From contig JANQGO010000221.1 in NCBI GenBank assembly GCA_028277285.1, forward strand, positions 1 to 59,484: a stretch of DNA of 59,484 nucleotides, given 5' to 3'. Origin of the DNA: Alphaproteobacteria bacterium (GTDB lineage: Bacteria; Pseudomonadota; Alphaproteobacteria; SP197). The stretch's first letter is position 1. Each line of letters starts with the position of its first letter. This document shows positions 29,250 through 38,422 of this stretch, in pieces. The position numbers and the translations under genes were made by a program. Below the pieces are notes generated by a model. That model made no database searches, was not told the DNA's origin, and saw only the letters and a list, made by a program, of their open reading frames with translations.

Positions 29250-30542
29250 ATGGCGGATGTTGAAAATTCAGACGTCGAACGAGCCCTGATCGAGAGGGCC
29301 GCGCGGGTTCTGCCCGCCGGCGGGTTCGGCAACTTCGATCCGTCCATCGTCGTCCGCGAGGGGCGTGGCGGGCGCGTCTGGGACGAGAGCGGCAACGAGT
29401 ATGTCGACTTTCTTCTCGGCTCCGGCCCGATGCTGGTTGGCCACGGCCACCCCGAGGTCATCGAGGCGGTCGAGGAACAGTTGCAGCGCGGCGTCACGTT
29501 CTTCACCTCCAATGCCGCGGGTATCGAACTGGCCGAAGCCATCTGCGACGCCGTGCCTTGCGCCGAGCAGCTGCGTTATGTCAGCACGGGGTCGGAAGCC
29601 GACATGTACGCCATGCGGCTTGCCCGCGCGCATACCGGCCGCGACAAGATCCTGAAGTTCGAGGGCGGCTATCACGGGATGTCGGGCGAGGCCCTGATGA
29701 GCCTGGCGCCGCAACGTCTGGAAAACTTCCCGCAGGCTGTGCCGGACTCCGCCGGCATTCCCGAGACCGTGCGCGACAGCGTGATCGTTGCGCCGTTCAA
29801 CGACGCGGGATTTGCGCGTCAGCTCATCGAAGAGTTCGCCGACCAGATCGCGGGCATCATCGTCGAACCGTTGCAGCGCCTTATCCCGCCGGCGCCGGGC
29901 TTCCTTGAAACACTGCGAGAAGAGGCGACCAAACACGGTATCGTCCTGATCTTCGATGAGGTGGTGACGGGCTTTCGCCTGGCCTATGGCGGCGGACAGG
30001 AGCTCTACGGCGTCACGCCGGACATCTGTACGCTGGGGAAGGTCATCGGCGGCGGTTTCCCGATGGCCGCCATCGCCGGGCGTGCCGCGTTCATGGCGCA
30101 CTTCGATAAGGCGAAGGTCGGCGCCGACGGCTTCACCTTCCAGGTCGGCACGCTCAGTGGTAATCCCGTGGCTGCGGTGGCCGGGCTCAAGACGCTTGAG
30201 ATCCTGCGCCGCCCCGGAAGCTACGAGCGGATGCGCGAGACCGGCAGAACGATCATGACCGCACTTCACGAGAACCTGACGCGTGTTGGCGTGCCGCACC
30301 GGATCGTCGGTGATCCCGTTCTCTTCGATGTCGTTTTCACGGAGCGGCCGGTCAACGACTATCGCGATGTGCTTGCCGGCGACGTCGCTGCTTTGCGGTC
30401 ATTCAACGCGGTCTTGCGTGACCACGGCATTTTGAAGTCCGATGGCAAGTTCTATATCTCGCTCGCCCATGACGCGGACGATGTCGCGCACACGGTGCGG
30501 GCAATAGCCGCTGCCGCGGACCAACTCGGGGAGAAGACATGA
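29250..30542 (+). CDS. Class III aminotransferase (glutamate-1-semialdehyde aminomutase-like)
   Basis: TGSEA, FEGGYHG, DEVVTGFR, LGKVIGGGFP and GTLSGNP. Confidence 0.88.
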   Translation: MADVENSDVERALIERAARVLPAGGFGNFDPSIVVREGRGGRVWDESGNEYVDFLLGSGPMLVGHGHPEVIEAVEEQLQRGVTFFTSNAAGIELAEAICDAVPCAEQLRYVSTGSEADMYAMRLARAHTGRDKILKFEGGYHGMSGEALMSLAPQRLENFPQAVPDSAGIPETVRDSVIVAPFNDAGFARQLIEEFADQIAGIIVEPLQRLIPPAPGFLETLREEATKHGIVLIFDEVVTGFRLAYGGGQELYGVTPDICTLGKVIGGGFPMAAIAGRAAFMAHFDKAKVGADGFTFQVGTLSGNPVAAVAGLKTLEILRRPGSYERMRETGRTIMTALHENLTRVGVPHRIVGDPVLFDVVFTERPVNDYRDVLAGDVAALRSFNAVLRDHGILKSDGKFYISLAHDADDVAHTVRAIAAAADQLGEKT

Positions 30543-31456
30543 GCACGTTCGAGCCCTTTCGTGGTGTCATCGCGCCCAATCTGACGCCGTTTAACGACGA
30601 CCTCAGCGTCGCTCTCGACCTCTACGTCGCCCACGGCAAGGCGCTCCTGGACGGGCCCTGCGTTGCGTTGGCGCCGTTCGGCACGACGGGCGAAGCGCTC
30701 TCGGTCGCGTCGGACGAACGCATCGCCGCGATCAAGGCGCTGATCGATGCCGGCGCCGACCCGAAGCGTCTGGTGCCGGGAACCGGGCTCACCAACCTGC
30801 CGGAGACCGTGCGCCTGTCGCAGGCCTGCCTGGACATGGGATGCGCGGCCGTCATGACGCTGCCGCCGTTCTACTTCAAAGGTGTCTCTGACGATGGCCT
30901 TTACACGTACTTCGCGGAGCTGATCGCGCGCATCGATCGCGCGGCGTGCCGCATCTTCCTCTATCACATTCCCCAGGTCGCCGGCGTCGGCATTCCGCCC
31001 GCGGTCGCCGCACGGTTGCGCCGCGATTTCCCGAACGAGATCGTCGGCATCAAGGACAGTTCCGGTGACTGGGAAAACACCAAGGCGCTGCTCGATATCG
31101 ACGGGCTGATCGTCTATCCCGGTTCCGAACTCCCGCTCTTCGAGGCGATGGCGTTGGGCGCGCCGGGTTGTATCTCGGCGACGGCCAATTTGAACGGCGA
31201 GGCCATTGCCGAGGTGATCGACCTCATCGCAGGCGGCGACTTGGAAGCCGCCAAGTCGACGTTCGAGCGTGTTCGTGAAGTCCGGCTGACGTTCCAGCAC
31301 TACGCGCCCATACCCGCGCAAAAACGCCTTTTGGCGATGACCACCAAGGACAGCCGCTGGGCCAATGTGCGGCCGCCGCTCGAGGCGATGGACATCGCGG
31401 CCGGTGAAGCGTTGGCGCGCGACCTGGGTCCGGCGTTTGTGGGTGAGGCGGCATAA
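30539..31456 (+). CDS. Dihydrodipicolinate synthase (DapA) family aldolase/lyase
   Basis: GTTGE, LYHIP, and the Schiff-base Lys in GIKDSSG. Confidence 0.87.
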   Translation: MSTFEPFRGVIAPNLTPFNDDLSVALDLYVAHGKALLDGPCVALAPFGTTGEALSVASDERIAAIKALIDAGADPKRLVPGTGLTNLPETVRLSQACLDMGCAAVMTLPPFYFKGVSDDGLYTYFAELIARIDRAACRIFLYHIPQVAGVGIPPAVAARLRRDFPNEIVGIKDSSGDWENTKALLDIDGLIVYPGSELPLFEAMALGAPGCISATANLNGEAIAEVIDLIAGGDLEAAKSTFERVREVRLTFQHYAPIPAQKRLLAMTTKDSRWANVRPPLEAMDIAAGEALARDLGPAFVGEAA

Positions 31457-31547
31457 GACGTTCAGCGACTCGTGCTCTATGGACCTGCATGGCCTGTTGG
31501 AGGCAGAGACGTTCCGCCGAGGGTTATCCGGATCGGGGGATCAGACG

Positions 31548-32510
31548 TCACCTGAGAAAGAACTCGACGGGCACGAGCAGTTTGATGCGGTTGCCTTCGA
31601 CCTGCGGCGGTGGTGGCGGAAGCGGTTCGGCGCGGCGGACAAGCGCGAGAACCTCGTCGTCCAGGGGCTGATGGCCGGAGCTTTCCTGGATCCGGAAAGC
31701 GTGGACTTCGCCCGCCCGGCCCATCTCGAGATAGAGCAGCACCGTGCCTTCCTGGTTGCGGCTTTGTGCCTCGCGCGGATAGGTCTTGTGTCTCTCAAGC
31801 CAGGCCAGGAGATAGGCCATGTAATCGGCGGCGCTGCCTTCGAAGCCGCCGCCGGAGGCATCGTCGGCGTTGCCGGCTTCGGGACTGTCCTGTGAGCCCG
31901 CCTGGCCGTCTGCGCCGGCAACCGATGGCATGTCCGCGGAAACTGACGGTTCGGTGTCATGCCCGGTCTCGACCGGTGCGGGCGCGCTGACTTGGGATGT
32001 CGGTGTCGGCTCGGCCAAGGACGCCACGGTGGTGGGCGGCTCGACCGGGATTGGCGGAACCGGCGCGGCCTCGGCGACGTCGACGGGCTGAACGGCCGAT
32101 ATCGTGTCTGCCGCTTCCACGGTCGCGTCGGTCGCGACGACAGCACGCGTGTCGACCGGTTCCGCGACGTCCGTCGCGGTGTCGGCCGCCACGATCGCTT
32201 CCGGTTCGACGGGTTCGGCGATGTCGATAACCTCCTCGGCGGACAGCGTCTCGGCACTCGTTTCAACACGTTCGACGACCCTGGCTTCCGGAATCTCCGT
32301 GTCCTGGGCCTCGGCGAGCGGTGGTGCCGGCGTGGCGACGCTTCCCGGCGCGCCGCCGCTCGGGCCGAGTGAGACCTCGATGCCGCCGGCGCCGGTGGCT
32401 ACGGCGCCGGGCCGCGCCGGTTGCCAGAACATGGCGGCGGCGACACCGGCATGGACCAGGACCGCGAGCGTGACGGCGATCAGAAGTTGCCGGGCGGTCA
32501 CATGCATCAA
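31548..32510 (-). CDS. tonB: Energy transducer TonB
   Basis: N-terminal TM helix with VLVHAG, an acidic linker, and a C-terminal YP..A....EG domain with SSG...LD. Confidence 0.88.
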   Translation of the reverse strand: MMHVTARQLLIAVTLAVLVHAGVAAAMFWQPARPGAVATGAGGIEVSLGPSGGAPGSVATPAPPLAEAQDTEIPEARVVERVETSAETLSAEEVIDIAEPVEPEAIVAADTATDVAEPVDTRAVVATDATVEAADTISAVQPVDVAEAAPVPPIPVEPPTTVASLAEPTPTSQVSAPAPVETGHDTEPSVSADMPSVAGADGQAGSQDSPEAGNADDASGGGFEGSAADYMAYLLAWLERHKTYPREAQSRNQEGTVLLYLEMGRAGEVHAFRIQESSGHQPLDDEVLALVRRAEPLPPPPPQVEGNRIKLLVPVEFFLR

Positions 32511-32917
32511 AGCGGCTCCGGAACGGTGAGGAGTTTCAGTTTCTCGACGCCGGCATCGCGAAGAAGCTCCATCACCGCGACGATCGATGTGGCGTCTGCC
32601 CGGCCGTCCGCCTTGAGGCGCACGACGAGGTCGTTGCCGACTTGCCTAACCCGCTCGCTGATCTCGGCAACAAGCACGGCCTGCGTCACGACCTCGCCGT
32701 CGAACGCGAGATGACCGGAGGCGTCGACGAGAACCAGGGCCTCGGTCCTGACGTCGGACCCGTCGCTGGCCGAGCGGGCGGGTTCGATGTCGAACGGATC
32801 CGTCACGGTCAGGCGTCCGGCGATCATGAAGAAGATCAGCAGCAGGAACACGATGTTGATGAGCGGCAGAATGCGTTCGTCGCCCATTGCCTTGGATGAT
32901 GTGCGCCTGAACTGCAT
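32507..32917 (-). CDS. exbD: ExbD biopolymer transport protein
   Basis: LPLINIVFLLLIFFM and LKAD; start MQFRR at 32917. Confidence 0.85.
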   Translation of the reverse strand: MQFRRTSSKAMGDERILPLINIVFLLLIFFMIAGRLTVTDPFDIEPARSASDGSDVRTEALVLVDASGHLAFDGEVVTQAVLVAEISERVRQVGNDLVVRLKADGRADATSIVAVMELLRDAGVEKLKLLTVPEPL

Positions 32918-32921
32918 CGGC

Positions 32922-33536
32922 TTAACGCTCGCCGTCTCGTATGAACGAGAGATCGCGCGCGCCAATCTCGGCGAGGTGATCAAGCAGCGATACAGCTTCC
33001 TGAAGCGCGACGCCCTTGGCCGGTTTGATCAGGATCCGCTGGCCGGGATCATCGGCGAGTCGTTTGACGACGGCTTGTTTGAGGTCGTGCAGCGTCACGG
33101 TCTGGCCCGACAGACGAAGGCCATCGGTTCGAATCTCGACCAGCAGAGACCCTTCCATGGCCGCGTTCGCGCCAGGGCGGCCGGGCGGGTTGAGGTCGAT
33201 CGCGCGCCACTCAAGCAGGGACGAGGCCAGCATGAAGAAGATGAGCAGAATGAACACGACGTCGATCAGAGGCGTCAGGCTGATCAGGGCCCGTCGCTTG
33301 CCGGGCTGTTGCGTATGTCTAGAGCATTTTCCGTTTTCACGGAATCGGTGCCGGCCCGCTCCCCCTCCTCCGGGGCAAAACGCCGAGAGGCGTTTTCGCC
33401 GAGGCCACCCCGAGGATGCTGCCATGGGTGGCCGGGTGGGGGAGCGGGCTGGTGATGCCGCTTGAACGGAAAATGCTCTAGTCGCCAGCGGCGAAGGCAG
33501 CCGCCCTGATCCGTCCGGGCACACGGTGCTCTCCAT
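32922..33536 (-). CDS. exbD: ExbD biopolymer transport protein with a 53-codon in-frame palindromic insert near the N-terminus
   Basis: ISLTPLIDVVFILLIFFML. The frame is open across the 33319-33481 element. The start is uncertain (ATG 33536 overlapping the exbB end, or ATG 33425 inside the element). Confidence 0.8.
   Translation of the reverse strand: MESTVCPDGSGRLPSPLATRAFSVQAASPARSPTRPPMAASSGWPRRKRLSAFCPGGGGAGRHRFRENGKCSRHTQQPGKRRALISLTPLIDVVFILLIFFMLASSLLEWRAIDLNPPGRPGANAAMEGSLLVEIRTDGLRLSGQTVTLHDLKQAVVKRLADDPGQRILIKPAKGVALQEAVSLLDHLAEIGARDLSFIRDGER
33319..33481. mobile_element. MITE/REP-like nested palindromic element
   Basis: Perfect 17-bp terminal IR CTAGAGCATTTTCCGTT / AACGGAAAATGCTCTAG. 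Inner IRs are CCGGCCCGCTCCCCC/GGGGGAGCGGGCTGG, GGCCACCC/GGGTGGCC and AAAACGCC/GGCGTTTT. CTAG lies at both ends, 159 bp apart. Confidence 0.8.
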
Positions 33537-34275
33537 GGGCTTGGGTATCGGCGAACTCCGACAGGTCTTCCGTGAACACGCGGGTGACAATGCTGTCGAG
33601 GTCGAAGGCGACGCGATCGACGCGGCGTTCAAGCCAGTTGAGGATCATGACGACCGGGATCGCCACAGCCAGTCCGGCGGCCGTCGTCAGAAGCGCTTCC
33701 CAGATGCCGCCCGACAGGACCGCCGGATCGACTTGATTCCCCGCGGCGGCGAGGTTTTGGAACGCTTCGATCATGCCGAGAACCGTTCCGAAGAGACCAA
33801 GCAGCGGCGCGAGCGAGGCGATGACCTCCAGCGGCCGGAAGAAACCGCGCAGCGCCTCTAAGACATCGCCGCCATAACGCACGACTTCCTCGCGCACCTT
33901 GAACTCGTCGACGCCGCGTTGCTGACCCCGTATGGCGCGCGCCAACGTCTGGGCCACCGGATTGCGCGCGCCGCTCAGACGCGTCAGCGCCTCGTCGGCC
34001 CGGCCCGCCTGGTAAAGCGCGAGGGCGTCGAGCGCCGGTCTGCGGTGGCCCAAGCGGGCCCGGCGGAACTGCCAGAGCTTGGCGAAGACGATGCCAAGCG
34101 CGACCACGGACATGACGAGCAGGATGACGACGACCGGGCCGCCTGCCTGCACCATTTCCTGGACGCCGGCCAGAACCGGTTCGCCGACGGAACCCGCGGT
34201 TTTCTCGGTCGCCGACTCCATGCCATCGAACGGCGCGGTGGTCAGAGGCTCTAAGCTGTCTTCCGTTTCGTCCAT
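33478..34275 (-). CDS. exbB: ExbB/TolQ/MotA proton channel
   Basis: APLLGLFGTVLGMI and GIWEALLTTAAGL.VAIP. Confidence 0.92.
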   Translation of the reverse strand: MDETEDSLEPLTTAPFDGMESATEKTAGSVGEPVLAGVQEMVQAGGPVVVILLVMSVVALGIVFAKLWQFRRARLGHRRPALDALALYQAGRADEALTRLSGARNPVAQTLARAIRGQQRGVDEFKVREEVVRYGGDVLEALRGFFRPLEVIASLAPLLGLFGTVLGMIEAFQNLAAAGNQVDPAVLSGGIWEALLTTAAGLAVAIPVVMILNWLERRVDRVAFDLDSIVTRVFTEDLSEFADTQAHGEHRVPGRIRAAAFAAGD

Positions 34276-34299
34276 ATTCCGGCTTTCCCTGAGCGGGCC

Positions 34300-34716
34300 T
34301 TACTTGATGAAGTCCACGGAACCGAGCGATGTCGGCCAGACGACGTTCAGGCAGTCCTGGCGCGGCCCGTTGTTGTCCTGGCACGTGAGCACATCGTTCA
34401 ACAGGACGCGGCCGACCTCGCCACAGGGTTGATCGGCGAAGTCGAAGACCTTGAGGCTTGTCTTCCCGGCCGTCAGCGGGGCCGTCTCGACCGCGAGCCG
34501 ATTGGCGACGATGCCGTCGGTGTCGAGGAGAACAAGGTCCAGCTTCAAGCTATCGAACGCCGTGCCGGCGCCGTTGCGCAGCATCAGATACGCCCTGCAG
34601 GCGCTGCCGTTCGGTTCGAGCTTGTTGAGCTCGACCGTGACGGTCGGTTCAGCGGCGATGGCGGAAACACTGAGGGCGGCGAACGCAGCGGCTGCCGTAA
34701 GGGGTCGCAACATCAT
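34300..34716 (-). CDS. Secreted hypothetical protein leading the exbBD-tonB operon
   Basis: Signal peptide, VELNKLE...C, LDLVLLD.DG and four Cys; preceded by a Fur-like box. Confidence 0.7.
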   Translation of the reverse strand: MMLRPLTAAAAFAALSVSAIAAEPTVTVELNKLEPNGSACRAYLMLRNGAGTAFDSLKLDLVLLDTDGIVANRLAVETAPLTAGKTSLKVFDFADQPCGEVGRVLLNDVLTCQDNNGPRQDCLNVVWPTSLGSVDFIK

Positions 34717-34730
34717 CGCTCTCAATTGCG

Positions 34731-34749
34731 GTTAAGAATTAGTCGCATT
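34731..34749 (-). promoter_or_regulatory. Fur-like iron box upstream of the exb/tonB operon
   Basis: Minus-strand AATGCGACTAATTCTTAAC, a 19-bp imperfect palindrome resembling the box at 34911. Confidence 0.6.
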
Positions 34750-34910
34750 CGGAACCCTTTGTAACGGTGACCGGGAGCGGCCGCAACCGTTCGATAGCCA
34801 CCAACGCTTGGCACGCCGGGACGTGAGCGTGTGTTGGGCGCTGAAAGCGCCATCGGCACGGATTGGGGTGCGTGCCAGACCAGAAGGCCAAGGCGGCATC
34901 TGATAATAGG

Positions 34911-34929
34911 AATGAGAATGAGTTGCATT
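34911..34929 (+). promoter_or_regulatory. Fur-like iron box upstream of hemP
   Basis: AATGAGAATGAGTTGCATT, preceded by GATAAT, in an AT-rich patch before the heme uptake genes. Confidence 0.65.
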
Positions 34930-35004
34930 TGCTTTCATGATGACGTAACGATGACCCCGCTTGGGTTTTGACGCGCCGCCAAGAAGAGCGCGAGGAGTTG
35001 TTCG

Positions 35005-35199
35005 ATGCAGGACCGTAGCGGTTTGTCGCGGTCGCCTGACGGGGAGGTTGGCGGTGTCGATGCCGCCAAACCGGACGGCGTTCGCCGTGTCGACAGCACG
35101 CTCCTGTTCGGCGGCGCCAACGAACTCATCATCGAGCACGATGGCGATAGCTATCGGCTGCGTTGTACGGCGAAGGGAAAACTGATCCTGACGAAGTAG
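35005..35199 (+). CDS. hemP: Hemin uptake protein HemP/HmuP
   Basis: S..LFGG..E..IEH.G..YRLR.T..GKLILTK. Confidence 0.92.
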   Translation: MQDRSGLSRSPDGEVGGVDAAKPDGVRRVDSTLLFGGANELIIEHDGDSYRLRCTAKGKLILTK

Positions 35200-35226
35200 C
35201 CGCGTCGAGAATCCAACAACTATCCA

Positions 35227-35268
35227 AGCCAGCCACCGACTGCCCGCGAGGCTCAAGGCAGCCAGCCA
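35227..35268 (+). repeat. AGCCAGCCA direct repeats flanking a stem (candidate HmuP-responsive elements)
   Basis: AGCCAGCCA at 35227-35235 and 35260-35268, with CTGCC...GGCAG between them, in the hemP-receptor leader. Confidence 0.55.
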
Positions 35269-35313
35269 GGATGCGCGCTTCAACGAAGCGAATAAGCACA
35301 GCGGGGAACTGGC

Positions 35314-37467
35314 ATGACTTTTAGAAAGACGGGCTGCGCGTTTGCGACGGTCCTTATGGCGGTAACTTTTGCGTCGTTGGCCGTCGCCCAGACAGCCGAC
35401 GACGCGATGGTGACACAGGAAGAGGGGGCCGACGCTGGCGGTGCATCGTTGCCTATTCTTCTCAATCCCATCTCGGTGACCGCAACGCGTAATCCGATCG
35501 AGGCGTTCGCGTATCCGGGCATGGTCTCGGTCATCGGTAGAGAGGAAATCGAGACGCTGCAGCCGTCGACGCCGGACGACATTCTGAAGTGGGTGCCGAG
35601 CGTTCAGTTCGTTGGCGGGCCGAGGCGGACCGGCGAAGTGCCGGTTATCCGGGGCTTCTCGGGGCCCGACACCGTCATCTTGATCGATGGCGCGCGCCAG
35701 AATTTCGGTTCGGGTCATGACGGGCGGTTCTTCATCGATCCCAGCCTGATCCAGCAGGTCGAAGTGCTGCGCGGTCCGGCCTCGGCGCTCTACGGCAGCG
35801 GCGGCACGGGCGGTGTGATCGAGTTCAGGACACTGGACGCCGCCGACTTCCTGTCGGCCGGCGAAACCTATGGCGGCACCGTCTCCGGCGGCTTTCAGAC
35901 CGTCAACGACGAATGGGTCGGCACGTTGACCGCCTATACCGCGCCGACCGACCAGTTCGACATTCTTGGCTCCATCACCAAACGCGATTCCGGCAACATC
36001 AAGCTCGGCGACGGCAACACGCTGGCGAACACGGATGACGACATCATCGCCGGACTGGCGACCGGCGGTTTCAATCTTGCCGACCATCACCGCATCGAGG
36101 GGTCCTTCATCACCTTCCAGAACGATGCCCAAGAGCCCAATAACGGGCAGGGCGCGGGCGGCAGCTCCTCCGTCGACAAGGACATACGGTCGAGCACCTA
36201 TCAGGTCAGCTACGACTACAGCAATCCGATGGACAGTCTGCTTGACTTGGACGTCGTCGCCTACTTTACCGAAACACAGGCCGACGAACTCAGGCTCGAT
36301 GACCTGGGCATCGGTCCGACCGGCGAGCTTCTGAAACGCGATGTCGACACATACGGTTTTCGGGTCGACAACCGCACCAGTTTCGATACGTCAGAGGATG
36401 TCGCGAACCTCCTGACCTATGGTGTCGAGTTCTATCACGACAAGCAGTTCGGCGCGGCCGGTTCAGGGACCCGGGCCGGCGTGCCGAACGCCGAGGACTA
36501 TTTCTACGGCGTGTTCCTGCAGTCGGAGACCACGATCACGGAACCCTTCGGCGCTCTTCCGGGCGAGCTGCTTATCGTACCGGGCCTTCGCTATGACGAC
36601 TACGAGGTCACGAGTTCGCTTGCCGCCGACAACAGCGACAGCGAGTGGTCGCCGCGCCTGGGCGCGAGCTACTTGCCGAATGACTGGCTGATGGTGTTCG
36701 GCAGCTATTCGGAGGCGTTCCGCGCGCCGACTTTTGATGAACTCTTTTTGACGGGAACGCATTTCAACATCGTGATCCCCGGCTTCCCGACCATCACGAA
36801 CGCCTTCATCCCCAATCCGGAGCTCAAACCGCAACGCACGCGCACTTGGGAGTTCGGCGGCGGCTTGACGTTCGACGATGTTCTTAAGGAAGACGACGGC
36901 ATGTGGCTGAAAGGTTCCTACTATCGGACCAAGGCCAAGGATCTGATCAACCTCACGGTTAATCAGCCCGCCCCGTTCGTTGACTGCAACCCCTTCATCC
37001 CCGGCGCGTGTAACGGCACGTCGGAAGCCGACAATGTCGGCAACGCCAAGCTTTGGGGCACGGAGGTAGAAGGCGCCTATGAGAACGATCGCGTTCTCGT
37101 GTCCCTGGGGTTCTCGACGATCCGCGGTAAGGACGAGGACACCGGCGCCTATCTGGGAAACCTGCAGCCGGACACGTTCACCGTCATCACGGGCCTGAAG
37201 CTGCCGGAAGTCAACTCGATCGTCGGCTGGCGCATGCTCGCGGCCGACGGCTTCGACAAGGTCAACAACCCGGGCGAAGAGCGCGGCGGCTATGCGGTGC
37301 ATGACTTCTATGCGGCTTGGCAGCCGGCTGACGGCCCGCTCCAGGGTTTCCGCGTCGACGTCGGCGTCGATAACGCGTTCGACAAGTCTTACAGCAGAGT
37401 CTTCACAGGATCGGTGGAGGCAGGGCGCAACTACAAGGCCCTCGTCAGCTACTCGATGACCTGGTGA
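35314..37467 (+). CDS. TonB-dependent heme/hemoglobin receptor
   Basis: TonB-box region ISVTATR, plug motif EVLRGPASALYGSG, FRAP...H...NPEL motifs and a C-terminal Trp. Confidence 0.92.
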   Translation: MTFRKTGCAFATVLMAVTFASLAVAQTADDAMVTQEEGADAGGASLPILLNPISVTATRNPIEAFAYPGMVSVIGREEIETLQPSTPDDILKWVPSVQFVGGPRRTGEVPVIRGFSGPDTVILIDGARQNFGSGHDGRFFIDPSLIQQVEVLRGPASALYGSGGTGGVIEFRTLDAADFLSAGETYGGTVSGGFQTVNDEWVGTLTAYTAPTDQFDILGSITKRDSGNIKLGDGNTLANTDDDIIAGLATGGFNLADHHRIEGSFITFQNDAQEPNNGQGAGGSSSVDKDIRSSTYQVSYDYSNPMDSLLDLDVVAYFTETQADELRLDDLGIGPTGELLKRDVDTYGFRVDNRTSFDTSEDVANLLTYGVEFYHDKQFGAAGSGTRAGVPNAEDYFYGVFLQSETTITEPFGALPGELLIVPGLRYDDYEVTSSLAADNSDSEWSPRLGASYLPNDWLMVFGSYSEAFRAPTFDELFLTGTHFNIVIPGFPTITNAFIPNPELKPQRTRTWEFGGGLTFDDVLKEDDGMWLKGSYYRTKAKDLINLTVNQPAPFVDCNPFIPGACNGTSEADNVGNAKLWGTEVEGAYENDRVLVSLGFSTIRGKDEDTGAYLGNLQPDTFTVITGLKLPEVNSIVGWRMLAADGFDKVNNPGEERGGYAVHDFYAAWQPADGPLQGFRVDVGVDNAFDKSYSRVFTGSVEAGRNYKALVSYSMTW

Positions 37468-37495
37468 GGCCGGCTTTGATGGGAAAGGAGTGAGT

Positions 37496-38422
37496 ATGGA
37501 GAAAGCGAAGCAGTGGCCCGTATGTCCCGTGCCGTCGTGGCTCATGGCTGTTGCCGCCGTGTTGGCGGTCGCTGTCACGGTCTCGCTGACAGCCGGCAAG
37601 GTCTTGGCGGACCACGCGACGGAGACCGGCGGATCGCAAGCCGACCGCGTCGTCTCAATCGGCGGGTCCATCACGGAGATCGTCTACGCGCTTGGCGCAG
37701 GCGATGGCCTTGTCGCCGTCGACAGCACCAGCCTCTATCCGCAGTCGGCCCAGGATCTGCCCGATGTCGGCTATATGCGTCAGCTTGCCGCCGAGCCGAT
37801 ACTGGCGCTCGACCCGACGCTGCTGCTTGCCGTTGACGATGCGGGGCCGCCGGCAGTTCTCGATCAGCTGCGGGAGGCCGGCACGCCGCTTGTTGTTGTT
37901 CCTGATGACCCGACACCGGAGGGCGTCGCGGAGAAAGTGAGGATTGTCGCCGATGCCTTGGGCATGAACGGCGAGGGCGAGACGATGGCGGCGCAGTTGA
38001 CGGCAGACTTCGCGACCCTGCGCGACTGGATCGCGGCCACGGAGACGAAACCCAAGGTCCTCTTCCTCCTGTCGGTCGGCAATGGCGCACCCCTTGCGGC
38101 CGGCCGCGACACGTCGGCCGCGGGGATCATCGAGCTTGCCGGTGGCGCAAACGCCGTCGACGGTTTCGACGGTTATCAGCCTTTGTCTCCCGAAGCCACC
38201 GTGACGGCCGCGCCGGACGTCGTGCTGGTGACGGGTCGCACGTTCGATCTGTTGGGCGGTCAGGAAGCGATTCTGTCGCGCCCCGAAATTGCCGCCACGC
38301 CGGCCGGTCGCAACGGCGATCTCGTGGTGATGGATGGCCTGCTGCTGTTGGGTTTTGGGCCGCGAACACCCGAAGCGGCACGCGCGCTTGCCTCAGCGCT
38401 TCACCCCGACCTGCAAGAGTGA
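37496..38422 (+). CDS. hmuT: Heme ABC transporter substrate-binding protein
   Basis: GGSITEIVYALG, VDSTS.YP, VGYMRQL (heme-ligand Tyr) and LGFGPR. Confidence 0.9.
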   Translation: MEKAKQWPVCPVPSWLMAVAAVLAVAVTVSLTAGKVLADHATETGGSQADRVVSIGGSITEIVYALGAGDGLVAVDSTSLYPQSAQDLPDVGYMRQLAAEPILALDPTLLLAVDDAGPPAVLDQLREAGTPLVVVPDDPTPEGVAEKVRIVADALGMNGEGETMAAQLTADFATLRDWIAATETKPKVLFLLSVGNGAPLAAGRDTSAAGIIELAGGANAVDGFDGYQPLSPEATVTAAPDVVLVTGRTFDLLGGQEAILSRPEIAATPAGRNGDLVVMDGLLLLGFGPRTPEAARALASALHPDLQE

